This document shows, one piece after another, positions 1 to 11,825 of a stretch of 64,000 nt of DNA. The notes under the pieces are model-generated. The model saw only the letters and a program-made list of their open reading frames with translations. It was not told the origin of the DNA and made no database searches. Both the position numbers and the translations under genes were made by a program. Positions within the stretch are counted from its first letter, which is position 1, and every line of letters starts with the position of its first letter. Source of the DNA: Flectonema sp. DT1601 (lineage: Eukaryota). The stretch covers positions 1,240,001 to 1,304,000 of the forward strand of contig OZ025780.1 of the NCBI GenBank assembly GCA_964019425.1, read 5' to 3'.

Positions 1-188
1 TCGTGACGATGTGACTTTATGAAGAACATCATTCCTCCAGTATTTCTTAGAGCCATGTTTCCAACATATCTGCTTGCTTCACTACTTCCCGAACCGGTAG
101 AGGCTGTACTGCTTGACCGTTTTCGTTCGTTCTCCTTACCGATTATTATTTCATTTTTACGAGGAGTATAATCCGTTGAATTCGTCAT
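1..188 (-). CDS. Possible 5' end of an unknown gene running off the window edge
   Basis: ATG at 188 opens a frame (MTNSTDYTPRKNEIIIGKENERKRSSST...) with no stop before base 1; same strand as all neighbouring genes; no recognisable motif. Confidence 0.4.
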   Translation of the reverse strand, partial: MTNSTDYTPRKNEIIIGKENERKRSSSTASTGSGSSEASRYVGNMALRNTGGMMFFIKSHRH

Positions 189-462
189 AGCACAACAAAA
201 GCAATAATGAGGTATGCTTGCAGGTTATTGAAATACCCCCTGTTGGGTAGTATACTTACTCAGTGTGACAATCGATACGCGGCTGCTTCACTTGTTCGAA
301 ACGATATCCGATCTCATTATGACCTGCTATAATAAATAGATACTATACTATGTCTGACATAAAGTCAACAATATTACTTTTCTGAAATAAGTAACCGACT
401 GGAGACACTGGAGGGACTGTTAGCTGGGAAGGGGTCACATGGCACAGCTTATTGTTTTTTTT

Positions 463-498
<36 letters not shown>

Positions 499-561
499 AA
501 TTTTCTAGCTCACCGCTGTGCACTAATTTTTACTGACAGAAATCCATATATCATCGCACAA

Positions 562-594
<33 letters not shown>

Positions 595-1070
595 ACTTTT
601 TCGAGAGGTGTTGGTGTTGGAGAATAAAGCCATTCATAAAGCCAAAGAAGTAAAGTTTTACTACTCTAAGATCATCGGGTAATTTACATGTTTTTGCGCG
701 TTAACATTTCTCATCTATTTTTTTTCCCCCCCCCCTTCTTTTTTTTTTGTTTCACGAGCGCAATAAAATAAAAAAAATTAAAAAAACAACAGCCTGAACT
801 AGGAACTGGTTTATGCAGCAATCCGCTTCCCGTATTCAACAAACAAGAATGACGTTGATACAGGAGTGACGGGAACATAATTGTAATTAAAACCGAAAAA
901 AAAAGAACATAATATTTTGATAAATTTAATGAGTCTAACAATCCACCGAGTGGACACACAAAGAACTGGTTAGCTCTTCGGGGATCCTTGCAGGTCAATG
1001 CTTTTATCTTGACTGGATCACTAGAAGGAAAGAAGAAAACTGTAAAGATTAACTCATACAAAAAACAACT

Positions 1071-1155
1071 CAGTAGGGGGGGTTAACTGTTTGATTTTGT
1101 ACGTAAAATACAAATGTATTGTATCATAAACAACGACAATTTAACATTAGTTTCA
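1071..1155. repeat. Dispersed repeat, copy 1
   Basis: ggggggttaactgtttgattttgtacgtaaaatacaaatgtattgtatcataaacaac is near-identical to 29135-29225. Confidence 0.85.
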
Positions 1156-1443
1156 GTAGGGAAGGGGGTGTGGGTCATGTGAAGCTAAAAGAACCGATGA
1201 AATAAATAAAAAAAGACTTTGTGATGGAGAAAACCCCGTAGAAGGAACCTCTCTAAAAACGTACTTATTCGTATCAACAGAAGGCAAAAAAAAATGTGAG
1301 TTTTTGTCTGCGCACGAAACCGTGAACCGACTTAAACTGATAAAGCTAAAGGAGGTTTACGTTTGCTGCCCAACATTCTTTTTCGTTCTTACAATACTTG
1401 TTAAAATGCAAAAAAAAAAAAAAAAAAAAACCATTCAGATTAG

Positions 1444-1683
1444 CCTTATAATTCGTTGAGCAGACAGAATCTTGTCGCGCAGGGAAATAAAACATAACTA
1501 TAAGAAATAACGGATTTCAGAATAGTTTCTTCACCAACTACTTCGGTACAAAACCATTTCGGATTAACCTTATATTTCGTTGAACGCAGACAAAATCCTG
1601 TCGCAGGGGGGAAATAAATCATGACCATAAGAAATATCGGCTTTCAATCTGAATAGTTTCTTCTCCAACTACGTCGGTACAAA
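1444..1683. repeat. Two diverged tandem copies of a ~124-bp unit
   Basis: ccttata..ttcgttga..gcagaca..aatc..tgtcgc..ggaaataaa..ataagaaata..cgg..tttca..gaatagtttctt..ccaactac.tcggtacaaaa starts at 1444 and again at 1568. Confidence 0.8.
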
Positions 1684-2020
1684 AAAAAAAAAAAAAAACA
1701 AGCAAACCTTAGAACAGAATATAATAACTACAGAGGGAACAAATTCATCGTTTCCAACAGGGTTCAAAAAACAAAGGAAAAAATTGCTGAAAAAAACCGA
1801 TAGGTCAGCCTTATTCAGGGAATCGTCCAGCGGAAATCGAGTACTAAAGATAGATAGCTCTGGTGCTTTCAGTAACATCCTCCTAGGCCTTCAAAAAGAA
1901 TATCGCAATAAGTTGAATGAAAGAGACTCTCAAAAAGTTGATTATATTTTTACGCACTTAGGATTTGCCACACACATCTCTGTGTGTATTGATCTTCAAA
2001 GGCACTATAAAAAAAAAAAA

Positions 2021-2486
2021 GGACAACTCCTAATTCCACAAATGTTACGAAAATGTCGGATCTCAATACAAAAGTTTCCTAAATGGACAGCGAAAAACAA
2101 AAACAAAAAAATCTATTACTGCCCAGGTGGAAGTTGCCACACGATATCACAACACATTCCCTCCTGTCAGACTCTTAGCAGCATGAGGGAACTAAGCGCA
2201 AATTTTCTGATGACATCAGTTGAGGCTGAACGAGTATTCTCCGTCTTGAAGTTCCTAAAGGCAAGGCATCGTGCTTACTCGGATGGTACAGTTAATTATG
2301 GCTGACCCTTTGACTTGCCTCTGTTAAATAGAGTCAACTTGTAGCCTGTAAACTGTAGATCTATTCTGACCTCTGTAATCTTGTCAGCCTGCGTGTCAGC
2401 TAAGCACTTCAGGCTGTACATTTCGGAAATTTTCGTATTGAGATTTGACATTTCACAATTTTTTATGTGAAATTATAGTTTTTCCC
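2021..2486. mobile_element. Non-autonomous TIR element (Mutator-like termini) carrying a hAT-transposase-like fragment
   Basis: Imperfect ~70-bp inverted repeats at 2021-2091 and 2413-2486 begin with GG and are flanked by A runs; the interior + frame encodes TSVEAERVFSVLKFLKARHR, resembling the hAT C-terminal dimerisation motif. Confidence 0.65.
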
Positions 2487-3676
2487 AAAAAAGAAATAAC
2501 AATTTTTTATTTATTTATTTTTATTCAATAAAACAGAAGTGTTGACAGATAAACTTTTTCACTCACTAATTGACTTTAATTATCTTTTCCGCAATATGTT
2601 TCCCTTATTGTAGGAAAGCGCGCTACAGTTTGCAAATATTTTCCTCGGCGGTACAACTCACGACATCTCAAGCACGTAACACAGAACCACATATTACCTC
2701 AAAGGGAGGTTATCAAAAGACGATAAGACTACTTCACTTGTCTTACAATTAAGGAAACGGGGGATCGGAACCCTTTCGGGACCTAACTGGCATTTGCCAG
2801 GATGGAAAGAAAGGGAAAAAACTAAATTTCACAAACAGAACAAAAGTCGAAGTACATCAGAGAGGCTATTCATTTGATGAAAGAAGCAGTCATACGATCC
2901 CTTCAAAAAGATTTCCATTTCTTTTTTTTTTAGTTTTTCACCATTTTTACTAAATAAATAAAGCTACGAATCAACTGGTTGACGGAAGTTATTCAATACT
3001 CGGAATGGGAAGAGAGGAGATCCACGTTCCTTAAGCAACAACAGTACTCAAACACTAAGAAAATAAATAATCGTTGCTCAGTACTTGGATAACAGAGAAT
3101 AGAGAAAAACATCTCCTTCCTGCAATGCAATGCAAGGATTTTGTATCAATTTCTTTGTTTACATTGCATACTTTTTTTTAAAAAAGAAATAATTCAGATC
3201 AGTTTTATGCTTTACAGATAGCAGACAGTACTACTGACGCGAATATTATAGATAATTTCTCTCAATCTGAAATAGCTTCTTCTCTGAATTCGTCGGTGTA
3301 ACAAAAAAAAAAAAAAGAAAACATTTTTCTTTCAGACCCAACTTAAACAAACACCGTAACAGACGTGGGGTATGGGATTTTTTTTTTTTTTTACTTTCAT
3401 TCTTTTGCACTTGTTTGGTTTGTTTGTTAAGTTATTTCTTACTCAGTATCGTACACATACCCATGAAAGAACAAGGGCGGCAGTCTTGCAAACGGCAGCT
3501 GCGGTATTTAAAAAAAAAAAAAAGAACACAATCACCTTCCCTGGAAGGGTTTGCCATCTATTTTTGCTAACGGAATTATCTGACGTACCCACCTGTGTGA
3601 ACAACAGCAGCTACAATACGCAACAAAAGGAAAAAGAGAAAGGAAAAGAATAAGAATAAGAATAACACACGCAATA

Positions 3677-6600
3677 CTATTTGTACCTCCGAGGGGCCAT
3701 TTGTTGTATTGGCGGACTGTTTATCTCACCAACTGCATCACCGTTGGTAGCTCCATGGTAGCCATTACCGTTACCGGTACCGTTACCATTTCCGTTTGTA
3801 GTTGCGGTTCCGTTTTGTTGCTTTCTCGTATTAATGACTTGCTGTGGAGGACTAGAACCCCAACTATTCTGAGGTTGACTATTCTGTTCAAGAGTAAGCA
3901 TTCTGGATAATGGTATTTTACGAGTTGCATTACTAGGAACAGGAAGACGAGGAAGAACTGATTTGATAGTACTCGGAGGTGGTGGTGGAGCAGGTGTTCT
4001 CCCCCAAGCTGTTGCCTCATCTAAATGTCTCCTAGCAGGAGCTGTTGTAATATTACGAGGCTCACCCACATACATCGGAACAGGTTTAGTTGGATCTGTT
4101 GTGTTGCATCTATCAGGTGGATGAGGTGAATTCTGAAGAGGAGAATCAAATAACCCGGTAACTTGTAAGTTCTCACTCACTTTTTTAAGAGCTTCCTTTA
4201 AACTGCTGTTGTGATTTCTCAATTCTTCATTTTCCTTCACCATTTCCTCCATCAGTGAATAAGATCTCGCAAGTGTATTTGGAGAAGTATCAGATGAATT
4301 GCCATCTATATTGAATCCATCTATCACTCCCGCCATTGAATTTCGATGAGCATTCGCCTTTTTGAGTAATTGGCGTTCTTCATTCATGGTGTACATCGAT
4401 CGGAGTTTTTCGAATATTGGTTTTCCATACTCTGCTTCAAGTGCGTCTATTTCTGCATGGTATGCTTCAAAACGATAAGTACAACGAACATGTGACAAGT
4501 GAGATTTTTGAGCATCATTTCCAGCAGATGAAGAGAGGAGATATTTATCTCCAAGTAAATCCGCTTTTAATTTCGTATCAAATCCTGATTGAACCACACT
4601 GTTACGAGCTATTTCACACATGTCATTCGCGTTTAGTTTCCAGACCTTACTGGCTATGCTGTACTCTTCAATAAGAGGTTCTTGGGTGTGATGAAATTGC
4701 AACGGATCGTCGGTAGATAAAGAAACGTATAACCCTCTTCTAAAGAATGTAGGAAACGGATTTTGTAAATAATCTAAAAACAAACTGTTATTACTAAGCG
4801 GAGATACCGCAATACCAACTTGAGATAAATAATATAAATATTCAAGACAAGGATCATGTCGTAGATTAACTCCGTGATTCACCTGATCAGCCGTCAAATA
4901 ACAAAACATCAAATGATCAACAGAACCTGACTCTCCGCAATGAGGACGAAATGAGAAAGTTGACAATCCCATTTTTGAACGAAATGAATTAAGTGATTTA
5001 ATATTAGCCCACATGTAATACATCCAGTATCCATATGGTGGGTTATCGTGTGAAGTCCATTCGGTTGGTGCTTGTAAAGGAAAACTTGAGTCGAGAGTAC
5101 TCTCGTTATCAACAGAATCGAATCCAGACATGTGTTTTAGAAAGTGATGTAGTTTCGGATCCGATGCGGGGTTCACTGAAACCGCCCAAAGCGGTTCAAA
5201 AACATTACTAATTAACTCCTGAAAACTCGTGATCGATCCGTGTTTTCTAAAAATTTTATAAATTCGAGGAACCTGAACCATCCATTTATTATGATTAGAA
5301 GCCATCCCGTGAGTATCAAACCACTGAGCTAAATTAGTCCACTCATTCCTCTTCCTGCCGTATATCGATAGTCTCATTTCAGCGTAGGTGTACTTGTCTT
5401 GTGAATACTGCGCGAAAGTCTTCTTGGCAATTTCAGCAAAGTACCTCCCTCCCATGTAATTATCAGTCTTTAACAACAGGGTTCGTAAGTCAGCGTTACC
5501 CATAGGATTGTATTTGTCGTTGAAGTTGTCAAAGCGTTCGAACAGGGAAGCATCTGCTTGAACATTTAAATGATGTACTGTAAGAGCATCAGCTGTGATT
5601 CTCATCTTTCTAAGAAGTTGTGCTAAAGTGACGGGATCTTTGTCTCCATTCAACTGAACGACATCGTCTTGGCAATGCTCAGCTTTCTCAACGATGAATT
5701 CTAATAGCTGTCTGGCAGTCATACCTGCAGCAGCGTGAATGTGAGTATCAACTTTTGGAGTCTGATAGAAGTCACGTGACTGCTCCATTCCATCTTCAGT
5801 TGCATTTTCTAATAAAGCATTCAGAGCCATGTGGAGTTGGAACTTGTGCTCCAACACTTGAAGACGTTTATGAGAGAGTGACTTGACATGCATATCCTCA
5901 ACGTAGTCGTGAATAGTGTTGTAGTCATTAAAGAAAGTTTGTAGATCATGAATATCAGTTGGTAAGAAGTTGTCACCATTATCTTCACGTTGTTTATATC
6001 TATACACTCCTCCTTTCGGAAGGTATTCCCATGCTCCGTCATGAGCTTTGAATTCGTTAGCATCGGTGTCCCCAACATTGACACCCAAGTCAAGCCAACC
6101 TTCTACTTCTCTACTCTGAATGTACTTCTTTCGGAGTGCCATGCATTTGCTGACTTTCAGAGCTGCTTCTCCAGCGTCTTTTGTTATTCCAATCCCGGGT
6201 GTTGATATTGTTATTCTAGGGAATTCAATATCCTTCTCATGCTCACCAGACAGTGCAACATTGGGTTGCTTATCTCCCGTAGCTTTCCTTTTAGTCAGAT
6301 TTAACCCTTGATTGCTTCCTTTATTTTGAAGGGCCTGACTGAGTACTTTCTGCTCATGGTACAATGTGTCTTCACGGAACTGGAGTCGAACTTGAGGAAC
6401 GAAGGAACGAGTAGAGTCATTGCCGTCTACTTCCAAATAGTCTTCTCCAAGCCACTGTCGCTTACTTGAGTCTGAAAACCCGCTGTTCAAAACTGAGTTA
6501 CGAGCGATTTCTGTAATGTCCACGGGTCCTAATTTATATAATTTCGCTGCCGTACCATACTCTTCAATACAAGGACGATGACTGTGGTGGTAATGTAAAG

Positions 6601-8233
6601 GATCGTCTGTTCCTAGTGAGACTCTCATCCCTCTTTTATGAAATTTAGGAAATGGATTATTAGCGTACACTGGACTACTCATACCGTTACTTTGAAGTGG
6701 AGATAGAACAATACCAACTTGTGATAAGTAAAATAAGTATTGTAATACCTGTGATCTCTCCATTAGGTAACCATGATTAATATTAGCTGCCAGCATGTAT
6801 CCTCCGACAAGCTGATCAAGTTTACCAGACTCACCACAGTGAGGTCTGAACGCAAAGGTATTCAATCCATTCCTCGCACGTAAATTATTAAGACTACTTA
6901 TGTTAGCGAAGACATAATAGTTAAAGAATAAGTCAGGAGGATTTTCAGACCACGGCCACTGCTCTGGAGGACGATTAGCAGTTTCAACTAAATCTTGTCC
7001 TCTAACCTGTTCATCAGAAATAATATTAAATGCGCCAGTCTCAACGAGAAGTTGAGATAGAAGTGTGTTGTCAGAATGGTTCGCATCTAAAGAGGCTTCC
7101 CACAATGGGAGGAAGATATTATCAAGTTGTTCTTGTGTTGTTCTACACGATGACATAAAACGGAGGGCTGCAATACGAGGGATTTGAATAATCCACGAAT
7201 TGGATTGATGTCCCAGTAATTTATTCTTACCAACCCATTGGGCAAGTTTTGTCCATTCGTCGCGAGAATTTCCGAATATCGGAAGTTTGTACTCCGTAGC
7301 AACTCGTTGTTCAGGAAATTCCTTTTCATTTCTATCTAAAATGGGTCTAACAAGATTGTGATAGAAGGGACCTTCTCTCTTTAGATAAAGCTTTAGAAGT
7401 TCAGCGCTCTTCTCACCACCTCTGTTGTAGTCTTTTGAGAAAATATCAAATCTGTGAAATCTCTTTTGAACGGGAGGATGTAGTCCAACACCTTCAACAG
7501 TCAGCATACGAGGATCAGTTAGTTGATATTTCTTAAAGACATCAATCAGTTTCATGTCCTTTCCTTCTGGTGTCTTTCCTACTACTGTTTCAGGAACAGT
7601 TTCATATGTGTGTACAATGTAATCAAGTAAGTCTTGAGGATGCATCGCAGTAGATAGTCTCACACTGTTGTCTACTTTAACACAGTTAGAGAACACTCCT
7701 CCTCCCTTTCTAATTGGACATGTATTTTCTTCAAGTTCGTAATTTAGAGAAATGTATATCGCATACTTCTCATCTAATATCTTAAGTCTGTTTCTGCAGG
7801 TTGATTTCGTAGGTCCATGTTCGATAGTTTCGAACATCGTTTTGACGTCTTTTATGTATGTTGAGTACCCTGGGAGACCAAAGTCTTGTTGACCTTCAAA
7901 ATGACAAACACCATTAACCATTTTGAATGGAGTGCCGGGTTTTACTGCTTCCAATGTACCTTTTGTAATACCAGAAATAACTTGTTGATACCAGTCTCTA
8001 GTGTCAAGAGCTTTTACTATCTTCTCACATGCCAGTCCCATTTCAAGACCGCCGTCATCAGCAGAAATATCAACTCGGTAGTACCTATCTCGTTGTGCTT
8101 TACTAAGACTACTTGTTCTCCAACTTCGAAAACTCCCACTTCCCCTCAATTCCAAATTCTTTGGCGTAGATGCCGACCCCAACACCGGGCTGGGGCACTT
8201 CTGCTTTTGGGGTGTCAGTTCTTTTTCTACCAT
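3677..8233 (-). CDS. AMPD: AMP deaminase with two tandem deaminase domains (1518 aa)
   Basis: Domain 2 has KVDTHIH, FDSVDNES, FRPHCGESG and SLSTDDPLQFH; domain 1 has FRPHCGESG and SLGTDDPL but KVDNSVR in place of HxH; low-complexity C-terminal tail. Confidence 0.95.
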   Translation of the reverse strand: MVEKELTPQKQKCPSPVLGSASTPKNLELRGSGSFRSWRTSSLSKAQRDRYYRVDISADDGGLEMGLACEKIVKALDTRDWYQQVISGITKGTLEAVKPGTPFKMVNGVCHFEGQQDFGLPGYSTYIKDVKTMFETIEHGPTKSTCRNRLKILDEKYAIYISLNYELEENTCPIRKGGGVFSNCVKVDNSVRLSTAMHPQDLLDYIVHTYETVPETVVGKTPEGKDMKLIDVFKKYQLTDPRMLTVEGVGLHPPVQKRFHRFDIFSKDYNRGGEKSAELLKLYLKREGPFYHNLVRPILDRNEKEFPEQRVATEYKLPIFGNSRDEWTKLAQWVGKNKLLGHQSNSWIIQIPRIAALRFMSSCRTTQEQLDNIFLPLWEASLDANHSDNTLLSQLLVETGAFNIISDEQVRGQDLVETANRPPEQWPWSENPPDLFFNYYVFANISSLNNLRARNGLNTFAFRPHCGESGKLDQLVGGYMLAANINHGYLMERSQVLQYLFYLSQVGIVLSPLQSNGMSSPVYANNPFPKFHKRGMRVSLGTDDPLHYHHSHRPCIEEYGTAAKLYKLGPVDITEIARNSVLNSGFSDSSKRQWLGEDYLEVDGNDSTRSFVPQVRLQFREDTLYHEQKVLSQALQNKGSNQGLNLTKRKATGDKQPNVALSGEHEKDIEFPRITISTPGIGITKDAGEAALKVSKCMALRKKYIQSREVEGWLDLGVNVGDTDANEFKAHDGAWEYLPKGGVYRYKQREDNGDNFLPTDIHDLQTFFNDYNTIHDYVEDMHVKSLSHKRLQVLEHKFQLHMALNALLENATEDGMEQSRDFYQTPKVDTHIHAAAGMTARQLLEFIVEKAEHCQDDVVQLNGDKDPVTLAQLLRKMRITADALTVHHLNVQADASLFERFDNFNDKYNPMGNADLRTLLLKTDNYMGGRYFAEIAKKTFAQYSQDKYTYAEMRLSIYGRKRNEWTNLAQWFDTHGMASNHNKWMVQVPRIYKIFRKHGSITSFQELISNVFEPLWAVSVNPASDPKLHHFLKHMSGFDSVDNESTLDSSFPLQAPTEWTSHDNPPYGYWMYYMWANIKSLNSFRSKMGLSTFSFRPHCGESGSVDHLMFCYLTADQVNHGVNLRHDPCLEYLYYLSQVGIAVSPLSNNSLFLDYLQNPFPTFFRRGLYVSLSTDDPLQFHHTQEPLIEEYSIASKVWKLNANDMCEIARNSVVQSGFDTKLKADLLGDKYLLSSSAGNDAQKSHLSHVRCTYRFEAYHAEIDALEAEYGKPIFEKLRSMYTMNEERQLLKKANAHRNSMAGVIDGFNIDGNSSDTSPNTLARSYSLMEEMVKENEELRNHNSSLKEALKKVSENLQVTGLFDSPLQNSPHPPDRCNTTDPTKPVPMYVGEPRNITTAPARRHLDEATAWGRTPAPPPPPSTIKSVLPRLPVPSNATRKIPLSRMLTLEQNSQPQNSWGSSPPQQVINTRKQQNGTATTNGNGNGTGNGNGYHGATNGDAVGEINSPPIQQMAPRRYK

Positions 8234-10932
8234 CTTCCCAAGCCCTGAAGTAATTAATAAAAAAATGATTAAAATAAATAACTACTCCTATTGACAACTA
8301 CTGATCTCCGCAAGTAAAATCCTCCATCTATGTTGTTACTTGGGGATAGAAGAAACAAAAGAAAACTGCTCAGTGCAAAGGGAGGGTGAAAAGAATAACG
8401 ACCAGTTTTCTGTTCCTTTTTTTTCTTCATAAATGAACTCGTAAGCATAAGATGCCAAAACATGATAAGTAATAAATACACGCAATTTCACCGGATTGGT
8501 TTGAGTACCTCAACTGTCGTTACTTTTGTGTTTAGAAGTGCTCCCACACCATGCCAGTGGTCTTAGCATAAATGTGTTTTTTTTTTTTTTTTTTTTTTTT
8601 TTTTTCTTTTTCCACGCATAGTTTATGAAGTGATCCTGCTTACTAAGAAAGTGATTGCAACTTCCTACAAACAAACAAAATCTGTTTTCTATTCATTAAG
8701 GGTTTTTGCTGAGGGGACAATAACAACAATTCACACTGACACGTTCTCAGCAAGAGCCTAGAAACGGATATCAGATAAATCAGCCAACGGGGGGGAGATA
8801 AGAATAGTCCTATTACCTCAAATCACAGTATTTTACTTCGTATCTAACCATTCTTTCCAACATAACCCGTGTCAGGCAGCTACTAATTGACCCAATTCAC
8901 ACAAGTCTAGTCAACGGAAACGATACTTTTTGGTAGCTCGTTCGCCAGGAAACATCACTGATGGGTAATAAAAAAAAATAGATATAGAAAAAAAAAATTT
9001 AAAAAAAAAGGAGGGGGGAAAAAACACCACACGAAAACAACGTTTCTCTACAGCAGTTCACTCGTTTACTGTTTGATAAAGATTTGCAGAACGAAAATGC
9101 AAAATTCTCATCAATGAGAAAACGACATTTAGATACAAACACATAACGTGGTTATGGGACCAGCTTCAGAAACAATGCACACGATGAGATAGGACTTCTC
9201 ACAGCACCTCACATGCTGTTATACCATAAAGGAAAGACTATACTATAATTACATTTGCGGTTTCGGTTTTCGACACCACAAAACAAACACCCCTCGGGTT
9301 AACTTTTTGAATATAAGTAGTGACTAAGGGCTCAATAATGAAACAATAAAACATATCCTCCTCAAAAGTAAAGAGTTCGTCGTTTACGTGCCTGATACAT
9401 TGGGTGGTGTTTCATGTAGATTCTACAGACTCTACGTAACCCACGGAAAAAAAGAGAGAAAAAACAGAAATTTTATGTCCGAAAAATTGGTTCCAAAAGA
9501 ACGTTCTACTACAGAATTAAGATATATGTCATAGATACGTTACTTGCAAGAGAATGCTTTTTTGAGAGCATCATTTTAAGTAGGAGCAGCGTTTGCGCAA
9601 ATGACATCTCACTCTGAGCACGAATAATGTACTGATGACAGGGCATCTCAGCCATCTATATGTTGCAGTTCCTTTTCATCCTGGGTGAGTCTGAGGCAAC
9701 AAAAATAACAACAACAACAAAAAAAAAAAAAAAAAAAATCGCTGGATGACCCTGCAGTAGACATGCTGCTTCTGAGAAGCTACTTTGTCGCGGTCAGTGT
9801 CAATACAATATAACAGGACACCTAACCACCTTCTAGTACCGTATCCATCTCCCTGCAAGGAGGAGTTTGTTTCTCTCTCTTCAGGTTCAAATGATACCTT
9901 CTTATCAAGCTTAAGGCTGAGATAAGCGAGTAATAGAAAAAAGGAAGAAAGAAAAAATAAAATTGGCGGGGAGATCAAACAATATTGGGCAAGAGAGGTT
10001 TAACTATTAGAAAAGAAAAAAAAAAAAAAAAAAAAAAAGAAACGAAGGATTTCCAACATCAAGAGACGGTTCTATTTTGTAGTCAATTCCCACTGTCGTA
10101 TCGTTTTATGTTTCTGACTATTAAAGGGAGTAAAAATAAACCCAAAAAAAGAACTGAAAATATCATGCTTGACTGTTTCTTAAGAATTGTAGGACATTCG
10201 TTGCTTTCTTAATCTAATTTTTTTGGTTCATCGTTTTCTTTTTTAATTTTTTTTTTTTAAGTTTTTGTTTCAGAGATCTACAGAGCTCACTATTAAACAG
10301 GATTGCACGCGGGAGACAAAAGACAATATGTAATTTTCTTTTCACTTTTTTTTTTTCCTTTTCTTTTTTACAGAGAGGGTCTTTTTTTTTTTGGAAGGGA
10401 TAATAATTTTAATTTTATTTAATTTTTATCGTTTTTTTTTTAAATTTTGTTATTAAGTTGTTAACTATAGATTCTCCTTCAGAAACGAGGGGGAATAAAA
10501 AAAAAAAGACAAAAGAGAGGATGGAGAGAGAAAAGAAAAAAAAGGAAAAAGGAAAAAAAAACATAAAAGACACAGGGAACGGAACTGCGGTTTTCTCACA
10601 GCCACAATAACAAACATAGTACAGCAGAAATAGCAAGCAAAATACTTCATGATTTGAGGTGCTTCCACGTATAAAAGGATACTAACAGAGTACCTGAATA
10701 GTGGACCTCCGTCTTCTTGATTAACGACAAGTGGAACAAAGTGGGCGGGGAATTCAATTAAAAAAAAGGGGGAAAAACTAAAAGAACAAAAACACAACAA
10801 CAATGACAATGTCATCGCATTTATTTATTTTCTTTTTTTTTTTTTTTCTTTTACACACGTTGAATAAAACTAAGAGGTTCTTCTTTCTCCCCGGAATCGC
10901 TTATGCAACAACTGCGGAGAATTGTTGTCTGC

Positions 10933-11755
10933 CTACACACTCTGGTATCCACCACGACATATTTTATTCTTCAAGAATACAGCACCGTCCTTAATAAGGA
11001 TCGGTAAGTCCTTCCAGAAGTTTAGGTTAGGAATGACATTTACTCCACGCTCACCCTTTACCTGTTTTTTGAGTTGCTTTTTTGCGTTTGGTAAAGACAA
11101 CCAATAAATTTAATAACAAGAAACATAACAAACCTTGAACATAACGGCAGCTCCAATAGCGAAGTACAAAAATCCCCCAACGAAGAAGATGATGAGGAAG
11201 ACACCACCTCCAGTCAGACCACCGCTACTCTTCTTTTTTGGAGTTGGAGTCGGTGGACCAGGTGGGCCTGGAGGACCAGGTTGAGTTGGTGTTGGAGTTT
11301 GAGGTGGACCTGGAGGCGTTGGAGTTGGTGGGGTTGGTGGAGGAGGGTGGTTTGGTGCACAGATGATATCTCCAGCGCCAGTACCATCTTCAACGTAGCA
11401 TCCGTAACCAGATCCCATCAGTCTCTTTGCATCATCAGCACCGTGTGCCATGTCCCATGTGTCCATCAGACCACAAATAGTTGTCGCACAGTTAGTCATC
11501 GTATCCGTGTCAGCTGGAGTCATTCCCAAGTTACATGACGACGATTGCTTATTGATGGTTAGTGTACCACAGTCCTGATGTTTTTTATTTATTAAATTTT
11601 AAGTTTTTTTTTTTTTTTTTTCAAAATAAATAAACGATTCTCAAGTAAATACTATTGCGAGTTTATGTATTTTAAGATTTTCTCACAAAGTTGACTATGC
11701 ATACCACCGCAGCTGCCGATGAAAAGAGTCCCACTAAGACAACGAAGGTCTTCAT
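10933..11755 (-). CDS. M6PR/ATG27-like type I membrane protein, copy A (3 exons)
   Basis: Exons 11755-11705, 11574-11134 and 11061-10933 join in frame through GT-AG introns; signal peptide, Cys-rich ectodomain, Pro/Thr stalk, TM GGVFLIIFFVGGFLYFAIG, tail IPNLNFWKDLP..DG..GGYQSV (YxxPhi). Confidence 0.8.
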
Positions 11756-11825
11756 GTTGTATTTTGCCCGAGTCTGTGATGGATAATAAGTAACTTTAAC
11801 ACACACAGGTATTGTAAGGCAATAC

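Noticed and set aside
439..1061. Short ORFs rich in poly-Phe/poly-Lys (also at 3372, 9676, 24404-31411 and 63587)
   Set aside because: They are translations of A/T homopolymer tracts with no protein motifs.
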